Below are positions 1 through 10,790 of a stretch of 64,000 nt of DNA, one piece after another; position 1 is the first letter of the stretch, and the number at the start of each line of letters is the position of its first letter. Source of the stretch: Lama guanicoe (lineage: Eukaryota); assembly GCA_013239625.1 (NCBI GenBank), contig MU056000.1:9246232-9310231 (forward strand), written 5' to 3'. Made by a program: the position numbers and the translations under genes. A model generated the notes under the pieces. It was not told the origin of the DNA. It worked only from the letters and a program-made list of their open reading frames with translations, and did not search any database.

Positions 1-535
1 TACTATATATAGAAAACCCTAAAAGGTCCACACAAAAGCTACTAGAGCTGATTGAAGAATTCAGCAAGGTAGCAGGTTACAAAATTAACATTCAAAAATC
101 AGGTGCATTTCTTTACACTAACAATGAATCAACAGAAAAAGAAAGTAAAGAAACAATACCCTTTAAAATAGCACCCAAAGTAATAAAATATCTGGGAATA
201 AATCTAACCAAGAAGGTGAAAGAATTATACACAGAAAACTATAAACCATTGATGAAGGAAATTAAAGACTTAAAAAAATGGAAAGATATCCCATGCTCTT
301 GGGTTGGAAGAATCAATATTGTTAATGCTCTTGGGTTGGAAGAATCAATATTGTTAAAATGGTCACACTGCCCAAGGCAATCTACAGATTTAATGCAATC
401 CCTATCCAATTACCCAGGACATATTTCACAGAACTAGAACAACTCATAATAAAATTTATATGGAACCATCAAAGACCTAGAATTGCCAAAGCATTACTGA
501 AGAGAAAGAAAGAGGCTGGAGGAATAACTCTTCCA
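1..535 (+). mobile_element. Young LINE-1 ORF2 fragment (end of RT domain and downstream region); continues beyond the left edge of the window
   Basis: Frame from nt 3 reads [33 protein letters not shown]...[10 protein letters not shown]...[16 protein letters not shown]. After a 32-bp duplication it reads [20 protein letters not shown]...[27 protein letters not shown]. These are hallmark L1 ORF2p motifs. Homology stops abruptly at about 535. Confidence 0.97.
293..356 (+). repeat. Perfect 32-bp tandem duplication inside L1 ORF2 (frameshifting)
   Basis: atgctcttgggttggaagaatcaatattgtta at 293-324 and again at 325-356. Confidence 0.97.
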
Positions 536-984
536 TGATCAATTTCTCAAATTAGCTTGATTATTGCTCCCTATCATCATTCTAGAATTCCTCCTAAATA
601 ATTTACAAGCATCTATGACAACAGATATGTCTCAGAATTTAATATAATACTATAGCCATGATCAAAGCAATCCCTTAATTATCTTCATTTTTCCATAGAG
701 TAACTGTGAGACTTTAATAAAAAAAATTATGTGCAAGTGTCTTGAAATAAAAATATCAGATAATCTATAATAATGTATTCTTAGGCATGTTAATTGTTCT
801 GGAGGAAACTATTGAAAAGAAGATGCATCTTTGACATTAAATCTTGCTCAAGATATGAATTTGGGTAACATCCAAATCTTTATTTTTAAATGGCAGAAAG
901 CATTAATTAGCAGATATGAATATTTTACAAAAGGAGGAAATCAATACATGGTTATTAGTGAAGAAAGTTTCATTGTTTTTATCC

Positions 985-1127
985 AATAAACTTTTCTTAT
1001 GTATTTATCTAATGTGAATCAAACCAGTGAGCTACAACTAATCATCCAAAAAGGAAATTAATAAAATAATCCCAATTATAATAACATCAAAAGAACAAAC
1101 TGCCTAGGAATAAACTTAATCAAAAGG
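985..1127 (+). mobile_element. Old degraded L1 ORF2 fragment
   Basis: aataatcccaattataataacatcaaaagaacaaactgcctaggaataaacttaatcaaa resembles the [16 protein letters not shown] region. Confidence 0.65.
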
Positions 1128-1400
1128 GTTTGGTTCATGCCGCTATTAACAATAGTATTACTTAATGGAAAGTGATTGCTCTTAGTTCTAGGAGCTGGGA
1201 AGTCCAAGATCAAGATGCCAGGAGATCTGATGTCTAGTGAGGGCTCTCTTATCAGGTGAAACCTCACATCGTAGAAAGGATGAGGGATCTTCCCCTGACC
1301 TCATTTATAAGGACATTAGTCTCATCCATGAAGGTTCAAATCTCATTATTTAATCACCTACAAAAGGGCCTAAATCCTAGTACCATAACCCGCTAAATCC
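1128..1400 (-). mobile_element. MaLR LTR fragment (MLT1A/B-like)
   Basis: gttctaggagctgggaagtccaagatcaagatgcca...tctagtgagggctctctt...ttataaggacattagtctcatccatgaagg...taatcacct matches the antisense MLT1 pattern. Confidence 0.8.
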
Positions 1401-1517
1401 CGAGGGCTGGGTTAATGACAGAGAATGAAAGACATAAAATACGTGCACAGAAAAGGGATTTGCTAAATAATCTAAACTCCATTCACAATGTGAAATATTT
1501 TACAACATTGAACCTAA

Positions 1518-1933
1518 TATTATGGGTTGAATTGTGCCCCCCACTAACAGATTTGAAGTCCCAAGTCCCAGAACCTGTGAATATGATCTTATATGAAAAT
1601 AGGATCTTTACAGATGGATCAAGTTAAGATGAAATCTTCATGACAGACCTTAATCCTGTAAAACTCTGTACTTATAAAAAGGGCAAACGTGGACACAGAG
1701 ATAGACACAAGGTAAGATATAGGGAAAATGCTATCTAAAGCCAAGGCTTTGGGCTGCCAGAAGCTAAGAGAGAGGCATGGAACAGACTGTCCATCACAGC
1801 CCTTAGAAGGAACCATTCCTGCTGACAGCTGATTTGAGCCTTCTAGCCTTGGGAACCATAAGACAATAAATGTCTGTTGTTCAAGCCACCTCACCTGGGT
1901 ACTTTGTTACAGCAGCCCCAGGAAACTGATACA
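1518..1933 (+). mobile_element. MaLR solo LTR (MLT1B/C-like)
   Basis: Begins t(a)ttatgggttgaattgtgcccc; contains gccagaagctaagagagaggcatggaacaga and aataaa; ends ttgttacagcagccccaggaaactgataca. Confidence 0.9.
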
Positions 1934-2699
1934 TCTGAAAGGAAAAAGAATGATGTAGCCGTTTGAAATAACTTTTGATCGAAAGTAACATAATATCTAA
2001 ATGCTAGGAGCTTAAAATTATTTTTTTTCTGCTTACTTAAAAAAAAAAAGAAGCTACCAAATGCTGTGGAGTAACTCACTGTAGGTATCAACATTATTTC
2101 TTAATTTTTATAGTTAACAGGGGTTTTCCCCTTGAGCAATTCTCTAGTGTTAACTATATTTGAACTGAATATCTGCAGTATTTCTTTCATGGATGGTGAA
2201 CTATTTCCTCCACTTGTCCATTAAAATAATAGCATTCCTGAATTATTACTTTATGAAAACCTAAGTAAATATTTAAAAGATGCATAATCAATAATAACAT
2301 GCAGTGTCAAAGAGAAAATAAGGCGTATTCCTATACTGATGTTTTGCAAAGAGGCACAGAGAATAAGCTAGAATGTGGCCTTCATTGAGAAAAGATCAGT
2401 TTTTTTTTCTATTTCTAAAATTTTAAAATATATTTGCATGAACAAGAAGATATGTACTGAAAATATCCTCCACGTCATTAAATAGTGTGATACTGCAGAC
2501 ATAGCAATCTGATGGCTGTAGCCATCTGACTGCAGCCCGCCCTGACAGAAGTACAGTCTATAAGACCAAGTGTTCACAGAACTAGCTCCTCTCTCCTGTA
2601 CTGGTGGATGCTAGCTAAATTACTGTGTCATTTCTTCATCAAGAGTTTCACTCAGCTGCTGGTTAGAGAGCTGGAGAACAGAACTGGGTTAAACATACT

Positions 2700-3058
2700 G
2701 CAGCGTTTTTTCTGTCTCATGCAAAATCAATCCGTTCTCACCGGTCCACAGTCTTCCGGGTGGATCCATGGCCATTTGTGTTTTGCTTCATGATAATCAG
2801 CAGGTGACTCCTATGTTCACGTTCCTGGAAGCAGGCGAGAGAACTGGGCAAGGGGAAAAGGTGCACCTCTTCACTGAGTCAGCCCCCTTTAAAGAGATTT
2901 TTCTAAAAATTCCAGATAATGCCTTTTATGCACATGTTACCAGGCACTACTAGTTGAAGATAATTTAGAAAATGGTCTTTAAACTACACAGCGCTGTTCC
3001 AAATGAAATCAGGGCTCTGTTAATTAAAAGGAAGGAGACAATAGATATTAGGACCACA
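2700..3058 (-). mobile_element. Ancient MaLR LTR (MLT1J/K-like)
   Basis: ttcacgttcctggaagcagg...ccctttaaagag...aaatcagggctctgtaattaaaaggaaggagacaatagatattagg, typical of antisense old MLT1. Confidence 0.6.
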
Positions 3059-4094
3059 CATCTAGAAAAAGCAAGCAAGATATTGTGATGATGTGTATAC
3101 ATGGCATAGGTGAAAAATCTGGAGTGTTTATGATAAAGAAGTGAAAATTACACAGGTTATGATGTATGCTTGGAAGTGTAGTATGCAAAATTACCAGACT
3201 TGATTGTTCAGTTACCGAAAACAAAGAAAGTAGAAAATCTATTTCTATTTCATAATGTGGAACTTGGTAATAGGTCATAATGTGGAACTTTGTAACAGAG
3301 ATTCCTGAAAACAAGGAAACTGCTCAGGAAATATATTAGAAGTGTCTAAGTGTATCCAGCTATGAAGTGCATGATTAAAGTCTCTTCTAAGCTCTTATTA
3401 TTTTACCATATACTGTAGATGTGTAAGATTAATGCCTGGTTTGAGAGCATTGGACATGAGATTTTTATAATGGTTGATACTTCTTATGAACACATATCAG
3501 TAAGGTTTGTAGTGAGTCATTTTTAAAAACCTCTAATCAATTGTCTAAGGTTATATGGCAAATGAACATAACAGTGTCCACTGAAATTCTAAAGGAAATG
3601 AAAGAAATTATTTTAGTGACTGTAACTACTCTACTATGCAAAGACTTTCACCTGTTTTTTAAAGATTTTTTATTAAAATATCCTATTTATATAAAATGAA
3701 AATTATCTCTATCTCATGGTGATAAATTTTGTTTATATTGCATTGGTATTAATTTTTCAGAAAAGGGATTCTTTTGAACACTCTACAATTGATTGAGACA
3801 TGAATTCAATAAGTAAGCATATTTCATAAATTTAAATTTTTTAGACCTTACATCAGTCCTGTTTTATCTATACTATAACATTCATGATTATTCTAAAGTG
3901 TGTGCTAACAATGCTTAATAAGAAAACTACAAACGTCTCAGTATACTTTTCTAGGATAACAAGTACTATCTCAATAATTTCAAAATACATATTTATTTTT
4001 CCAGAAAATGAGAACACACATCATTATGAACAATTTAAACAACTTATTAAATCAATAATATTTTGAAATATAAAATGCACTTTTAAAAGACAAT

Positions 4095-4523
4095 AACAAA
4101 GGCAAAAATTACTGTATAATATCACTCCTGTGTGGAGTCAAAAGAGCCAAACTCACAGAAACAGAGAGTAGAATGGTGGCATCCAAAGGCTTGGCGTGAG
4201 GAAGAAAGAGGAGACATTGGGCAAAGAATGAAAACTTTCAGTTGTATGATGAGTAAGTTCTAGAGGGTCCAGTGTACAGCATGATTATAGTTAACAATGT
4301 CATATTATATACTTGAAAGTTGCTAAGAGAGTAGATCTCAAATGTCCTCACTGCAAACCAAAAAAAAAAAAAAGAGGAAATTATGTGACGTAATGCAGGT
4401 GTTAGCTAATCATTAGTGAATCGCTTCATAATATATGTGTATCAAATTAAATCAACCCATTGTACACTTTAAACTCAAACAATGTTATGCATCAATTATA
4501 TCTCAATAAAACTGGGGAAAAAA
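4095..4523 (+). mobile_element. L1 3' end (L1MA/L1MB-type)
   Basis: aaactcacagaaacagagagtagaatggtgg...tacttgaaagttgctaagagagtagatctcaaatgtcctcac...tcaattatatctcaataaaactggggaaaaaa. Confidence 0.9.
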
Positions 4524-5566
4524 GCAAAGCCACAATGAATCAATATTTCTTACAGAGTTTGAGAAACATGTCAAATATTTAATTTCATAAGTGCTTATGG
4601 TTAAAAATTGTGTATGATCATGATCTAAAATATTTATGTCAATTCTGTTTACGTTAAGAAATTGCATTTGATGCCTTCACTAGGTATGTTATGATTTCCC
4701 CTCAGGAACTGAAGTATAAAGGAAATGTTAACAATTTCTTATTTTCCATACAATTGAAATTGCTTTTGATTTTCATTTCTCCAGCAGTTTCTATTTTTAC
4801 AACCAGTCCACAATGAATTGTATTTATTCCTTTTACTTCTACTTGCTTCTTCCATTGGAATTTTATTATTTGTTTGTTTTTTAACCTATGGATTCACACA
4901 TAAAAAGAAATGTATTTTATTGAATTTATATTCAGAGTAACTAAGAGGCTGCTGGAAATTCTGAGGAACAGTAATTTGGAATGTGTAATAATATACTGCT
5001 TTTGCATATGAAAGAAGGAAATTCAACCCACCCTACACTTCCATCGTCATGCATATTAAAGAAAAATTTGCTTTGTAAACTTTCAGAAACAAAATGTCTG
5101 CATAAATAAGCCATAAAATCTAGGAGAAAGAAATATTGGTCCCAAGTCAAAACCAAATCAACAAAATAACATAGAAAGCTAGTTTTACATGAAATCTGCA
5201 GTAAGACACTTAAAATATTCCTCTATCTTCTGGATTTTGTCTAATCACTTCCCCTGTGGACACAGTGATATATACTGTGATTCCTTCTCAATGGCATGGA
5301 AGCAGCACATAGTTGTCATTCTGAATCTCCATCACAAATATTAGAACGAAGTGCTACTCGTGGTTCTAGTGCATTACCCTTTATTTTGAAGTATGTAACT
5401 AAAAATACTTAATACATTGCTTAATTTTCCTTTAATCAAATCTGATCATGTGGTCTCTATTTTTTTCCTTACCCTCAATATATTTTTTTTTTGCAAAATG
5501 ACATCAAAAATAAGTGCCATTGTGCACTAAAGCAACTGAATTACAATGATCTTTTCGAATGTTACA

Positions 5567-5901
5567 TGATACCCCTTATACATAAAATCTGAAAAAAAAA
5601 TGGCACAAATCAACTTATTTACAAAACAGAAAGAGACTCACAGACATAGAAAACAAACTTATGGTTACCAAAGGGGAAAGGGTAGAGGGATAAATTAGCA
5701 GTTTGGGATTAGCAGGTACAAACTACAACATATAAAATAAACAAGGTCCTACTGTACAGCACAGGGAAGTATATTCAATAACTTGTAATAACCTGTAATG
5801 AAAAAGAATATGAAAAAGAATATATATACATGTATAAGTGAATCACTATGCTGTACACCAGAAACTAACACAACATAATAAATCAACTATACTTCAAAAA
5901 A
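5567..5901 (+). mobile_element. 5'-truncated L1 3'UTR (cetartiodactyl type) with A tail and a long flanking direct repeat
   Basis: aacttatttacaaaacagaaagagactcacagacatagaaaacaaacttatggttaccaaagggg...ctgtacaccagaaactaacacaaca...aatcaactatacttcaaaaaaaa; flanks 5512-5566 and 5902-5956 are copies of each other. Confidence 0.93.
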
Positions 5902-6776
5902 AAGTGCCATTGTGCACTAAAACAACTGCATTATAATGATACTTTAGAATACTACAAGGATCCAATAAAGCATTTGACAATAAGCAAGTTAAAATTTTTC
6001 TCTGAATTTAAAGGGAATCTTTTAAACATCAAGTGCTCCTGGCCTACTGTGTACCCTGTCACAGGGGCCTCAGTGAGAAGATGCAGTATGAAAGCTAAAT
6101 AATCCCATAAAACAGTTCAGATTAGAATCTGGAGTTATTCAAACTGTGAAACACAGGTTTGACAACCTGCAACTTCAAAAACATCTGAGAGTAAAATAAA
6201 ATTTAATTCCAAAAGAGTAGATGTTATATGCCCACTGAAAATTTCCTAAGAAGTCATTATACTCAAAGACAAAACACATACTTCAGTGTTCCTAGAAATG
6301 GCACAAATAATCATTCTTAATGGACTGAATCAAAAAATGTAAAATAATTTCAGAAAACAAAACATACTCACAAGCTCAAAAGTGATAGTAGAGATACTTC
6401 AGAATTCAGGTAGCATAAACTTTATCACTCCATCAACCAAAGTGACCAAGACAAGAGTCTCATCTTTGGAATGGCTGTTAAAGGCATCCAACTCAGAATC
6501 TAAATTGTCTCCATTTTCACTTTGTTTCCATTTTATTCCAAGTAGGTCTGTGTTTGTGGCTGTTGCACTTGTTCCTTCACTATTTGGAGTTTATTTCCCA
6601 TTTTATTTAGCACTGATAAAGAAGTTGATCTGAAGAGAAAGAGTTAAAATTAATGGTGCTTGGTGTGTAACAGGTACATTGATAAAAAGAAAGCAGAGTA
6701 GACCTTACTGAGGTTCTTACTCTGTGTAATTGTTCTTTAGCTCCAATTACACAATAAGCAACTTCATATAGATAGT

Positions 6777-7131
6777 TGTTAGGGGCTGAATTATGTCCCC
6801 CCAAAATTCATAGGTTGAAGTCCTTAAGCCCCTAGTATGTCAGAATTTGACTCACATAGGATCTTCACAGTGGTAGTTAAGATTTAATGAGGTTTTTTCG
6901 AGGGGATCCTCTTGTAATTTGCAGATGTCTTTATAAGAGTAGGATATTGGAACACAGACACACATGTACAGAAGAGAGATGATGTAAAAATACAGAGATA
7001 AGACAGTCACATCAAGGAGAGATTCCTTAGAATAAACATGGACACCTTAAACCCTGTGAGAAAATAAATTTATCTTCTTTAAGCGACCCAGTCTGTGGTA
7101 TTTTGTTATGACAGCCTTAGAAACTAGTATA
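6777..7131 (+). mobile_element. MaLR solo LTR (MLT1B-like)
   Basis: Starts tgttaggggctgaattatgtccccccaaaattcataggttgaagtcct; ends tttgttatgacagccttagaaactagtata; 5-bp TSD atagt (6772-6776) / atact (7132-7136). Confidence 0.92.
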
Positions 7132-7205
7132 ATACTGCTGTTTCCTGGATTAAATATAAACAAAAAGATAAATTGACAAAAATCAAATCCATGCTCATAT
7201 GTATG

Positions 7206-7238
7206 TAGATAGATAGATAGATGATAGATAGATAGATA
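7206..7238. repeat. (GATA)n microsatellite, interrupted
   Basis: tagatagatagatagatgatagatagatagata. Confidence 0.9.
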
Positions 7239-9239
7239 TAAAATGTGTATAATAGAATATGTGCAACATATAATATATATTGAATATAAAAACTTATGTT
7301 TGACTAATGGCTCATAAATTTATATAAAGATATGCATTTGATATAAGTACTTATTTTCTTACCCTATACTATATGCATTTCAAAATGTAAGGTAAGACTG
7401 CATATATATCACATATTATACAACACCTAATGCCCTTGTGTCTTCTATGGCAATGTATAATGTATCACATTACCATTACTATCTCGAAACATACGAATGT
7501 TCGCATTAACTTGGATAAAGCATATAAATCCTCATCAGCATATCTGTTCAGTAAGACAGAGTTAACAAAAGCTTTTGAGTTTTCAAACTCTGTGAGTGTC
7601 AAAATTTCAGATTGTTAATCTGAATGAAGGAGAAAATAATGTAGGATTCTGGTGTTTGTTAACATCTTTCTGAATAAGGACTGTTAAGAGTTTAAACCAT
7701 ACTTGTCATCAATCATGTAGCATCCTCTGCCCTGTGCTGTCATCCTTTGGGATCACACTGCTGTGCCTGGTTAAACATCAACTCCCCTTTTTCATAAGAA
7801 ACAATGTTGGGCACAATCTTAGTGGTATCAAAATAAATGTATAAATTTCAAAGAAACCTCAGGGTTTATTCCTCAAAATCAGTGTTTTAAAACACTATAT
7901 ATTTGTAACCCGTGAATTTGTAATCCACACTTTTCTTTTGAAGATGAATATCCTGTAAGATGAATAGGTTTGTGTGAAAGTGAATTAACAGAGGATTTCT
8001 GGTCAACCTCATATCGTTATGGTAAGAATTCTGAAAGTCTGTGCCAGTAGTAAGTTGCTTTATAAAGTGCCAAAGAAGAATATAATTAGCAAGTTTCCTA
8101 AAATTACCTAACCATATTTTTTCCCTAGAATTCTATCAGCATTCCATTTGGCACTAATGCTGCAAATGTCATTTCTTAGGGTGTGGCACCCTAATTATTT
8201 GATCTTCTTTTCCTTTTTGTTTTTAGCTTCTACATAAATCCAAATGCTGAAGCTCAGGCATGTTTCTCTCCTGTAAGAGTACATTTCCACTGAAATATGG
8301 TAACAGAGTAGAGGGAGGAAGGTGTTACGCAATGCCTGTAACTTCATAGATGTTATTTCAGAACATCTTGCTTTGGCTCTTAAAATAAAGAACATACTGT
8401 CACACACTCTCCACAGGAAATAACAATCAGCATTACTGGTTAACCAATCCACATGCGTTTCTATATGGGCTCCATCTACCATATTTTATTATACTTAATA
8501 TCCAGGCTATTCTAGAATAGACTGTTATTCCATGAACATACTTTTCAGCACAGAACAGAAGAAAAAAAAACTGTGTGCAAATCAGCTCTGATAAACAATT
8601 ATAAGATGCATCCTGATTACACGGATACTAAAATGTAAGTAAATAAATAATGTTTTAAATACTTCAATTGAAAAAGCCATGCTTTAATGAAGAATTTTTT
8701 GGAGGGAACTATCTAATGATTGAAGGTGACAGAAAATTAAATTTTATTTTGATATCTTGGCTTAGAAGACAATCTTCTTTCAGACTTCTTTCAGACTTTC
8801 TAAGGTTTGCTGCATGGAAGTATACAAATCCATAAGGAAGCCAGTGTTGCTTGTAATAGCAGTAGATTTGAGGAAACAGAGGTTCCTAGGGAACTGGGTA
8901 AGAAAAAAGTGGTGGAGACCATGCAATATCAAGGGAAGAAAAATGACTTAAGTGTACCCACAGCAATACAGTTAAATCTTAAATCTCTCTGTTGAATGAA
9001 AACTATAAGACATATCTTGATATAAAGCATAAAACAATATATGCAAATTTAAAATAACTACATTTATAAACTAACTTCATGTTGGGAAAGCAGTTAGTTT
9101 ATAAAGAAAAGTAAAACTAAAATTCTTGTATCATATAAAAATATGAACTTCTTCATCTTTTTCAAACATTTACTGTGCTTGCCAATGGGGAAAATCTTTG
9201 TATTTTATATCACAATTAATTAATTTCTTTAATAAATAA

Positions 9240-9450
9240 AAAGCAATCTACAAATAAAAGAGAAAATATCCAAAAAGCAATGAAAAAGTGAATGAAAGAT
9301 ATTAAGAGAGAGTTCACAGAAAAAGAAAAATAAAAGGCTCAACATTCTATAAAATATTTTTAACTTCAACCATGAAAAAGATAAATCAACATGAAAAAGA
9401 AAAGGAAGAAAATCACAGTAACTTTTTTCTTTTTAAGATAACCCAGAAAG
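9240..9450 (+). mobile_element. Old L1 (L1ME-like) ORF2 3' fragment
   Basis: gaaaaagtgaatgaaagatattaagagagagttcacagaaaaagaaaaataaaaggctc resembles the KWAKDMNRQF..EE-coding region. Confidence 0.55.
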
Positions 9451-9554
9451 CTTAAAAAAAAAAAAATCAACAGTCTATTGAAAAGACACTCAGTGACCTT
9501 TTGTTCATTTCAAAGTCTTTCACAAGTTTTCCTGGCATAAGGAACAGTCTATGG

Positions 9555-9766
9555 TAGGTATTAGCAAACTTTTTCCATCAAGTGCAAGATAATAAGTATT
9601 TTAGAATTTTCTTCATTCTCTGGTGCAGCTACACAGCTGTACTGTAGTGGTGTGAAAGGAGCCATAGATGTTACATAAACAAATGAGTATGACTGTTTTC
9701 CAATAAAACTTTATTCATACAAAACCAGGCGGCTGGTTGGATTGAGTCTTTCTTAGCCAACCCCTG
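9555..9766 (-). mobile_element. MER58A hAT-Charlie non-autonomous DNA transposon
   Basis: Degenerate TIRs taggtattagcaaact...ttagccaacccctg; internal tgttttccaataaaactttatt...aaaaccaggcggctgg; 8-bp TSD gtctatgg (9547-9554) / atctatgg (9767-9774). Confidence 0.9.
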
Positions 9767-9789
9767 ATCTATGGCATTTTTCTGGAGCA

Positions 9790-9834
9790 TATTACCGAAT
9801 AACATCTTTTTTTTTTATTACTGAATAACATCTT
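9790..9834 (-). mobile_element. Poly(A)-only L1-type insertion footprint with 19-bp TSD
   Basis: tattaccgaataacatctt + T7 + tattactgaataacatctt, followed by aa. Confidence 0.7.
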
Positions 9835-10649
9835 AAAGTAAGGCTTATGCTCTTTATCAAACAAGTGTATATGAAAAATTTAAATATTTGCAACACTCTA
9901 ATTGGCATCACTCAGCATAATTGTGTGTGTCTTACTGAAAACACTAAAGCAACTCCAATGATCACACTGGATGTAAAAAGTCAATTATCTGAGTCATATA
10001 ATTAGAATTATTTTCTCCTTAGAATTACACGAAAATAGGCATAATCAGTTTCTAATTAAATAATCTTGTCCAATTCTTAGATATTTTGTTCAACTAGTTA
10101 GTTACTTATGACTAAATCTTATATATTATTTCTCAACCTTTTATAAAACCTCTCTTTAATCCACAACCCAACTAGCTAACTTTATTTTAGCTGTCTACAA
10201 TTTCCAGTTATGTTTCAAAAATGGTATTTATGTTTTTATTTTTATTTAGTATATTTCAAAAATACCGTCTTTACCCTTTTTCTTAAAGGAAATGAGCATT
10301 TAGAATCAAATCCTTATTTGATTCTTTCATCTTACTGGAGAAATGCTACTTGTTATAGACTGAATCAAAAGTCCAAATTTTGGAGCAAATTTTTGGAGCA
10401 TGGACCTGTTCAGACAGAACACTATTTGAGGGAGAATAACACTCTGATTTGTTGACATTCTGAATATGATTTGAAGTATGATGCCACCCATCTAGATTAT
10501 GATAATAATAGATGTTTTAGTCTCCAGATTATCCAATGAATTAATTTTTGAGTGATAAAATGGACAGTGTGCTTAATCCAGGCTAATCCAGAGAAATGTG
10601 CTTTACTGTATACATATTCATATTTAAGGTTTTTAAAGCATGTTTTAAA

Positions 10650-10790
10650 CTGTTTTCTCACAATAATCCTGTGAGTTAGTTGAAGCAGTGTTATCTCGAT
10701 TTTTTTTAAATCAATATCAGATTCACAAAATTTTAAAATCATACATCTAGCAAGTAGCAGAGCTGAAGTTCAAATTCATGTTTTCTGCAA
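10650..10790 (-). mobile_element. MIR SINE fragment
   Basis: ctcacaataatcctgtgag...catacatctagcaagtagcagagctgaagttcaaattcatg. Confidence 0.65.

Noticed and set aside
216..437. 73-aa ORF as a host gene
   Set aside because: It is L1 ORF2 sequence shifted out of frame by the 32-bp duplication.
8774..8795. Short tandem duplications (cttctttcaga x2; also ttacttatttag x2 at 30861-30884)
   Set aside because: Ordinary slippage duplications with only two copies and no spacers; not CRISPR-like.
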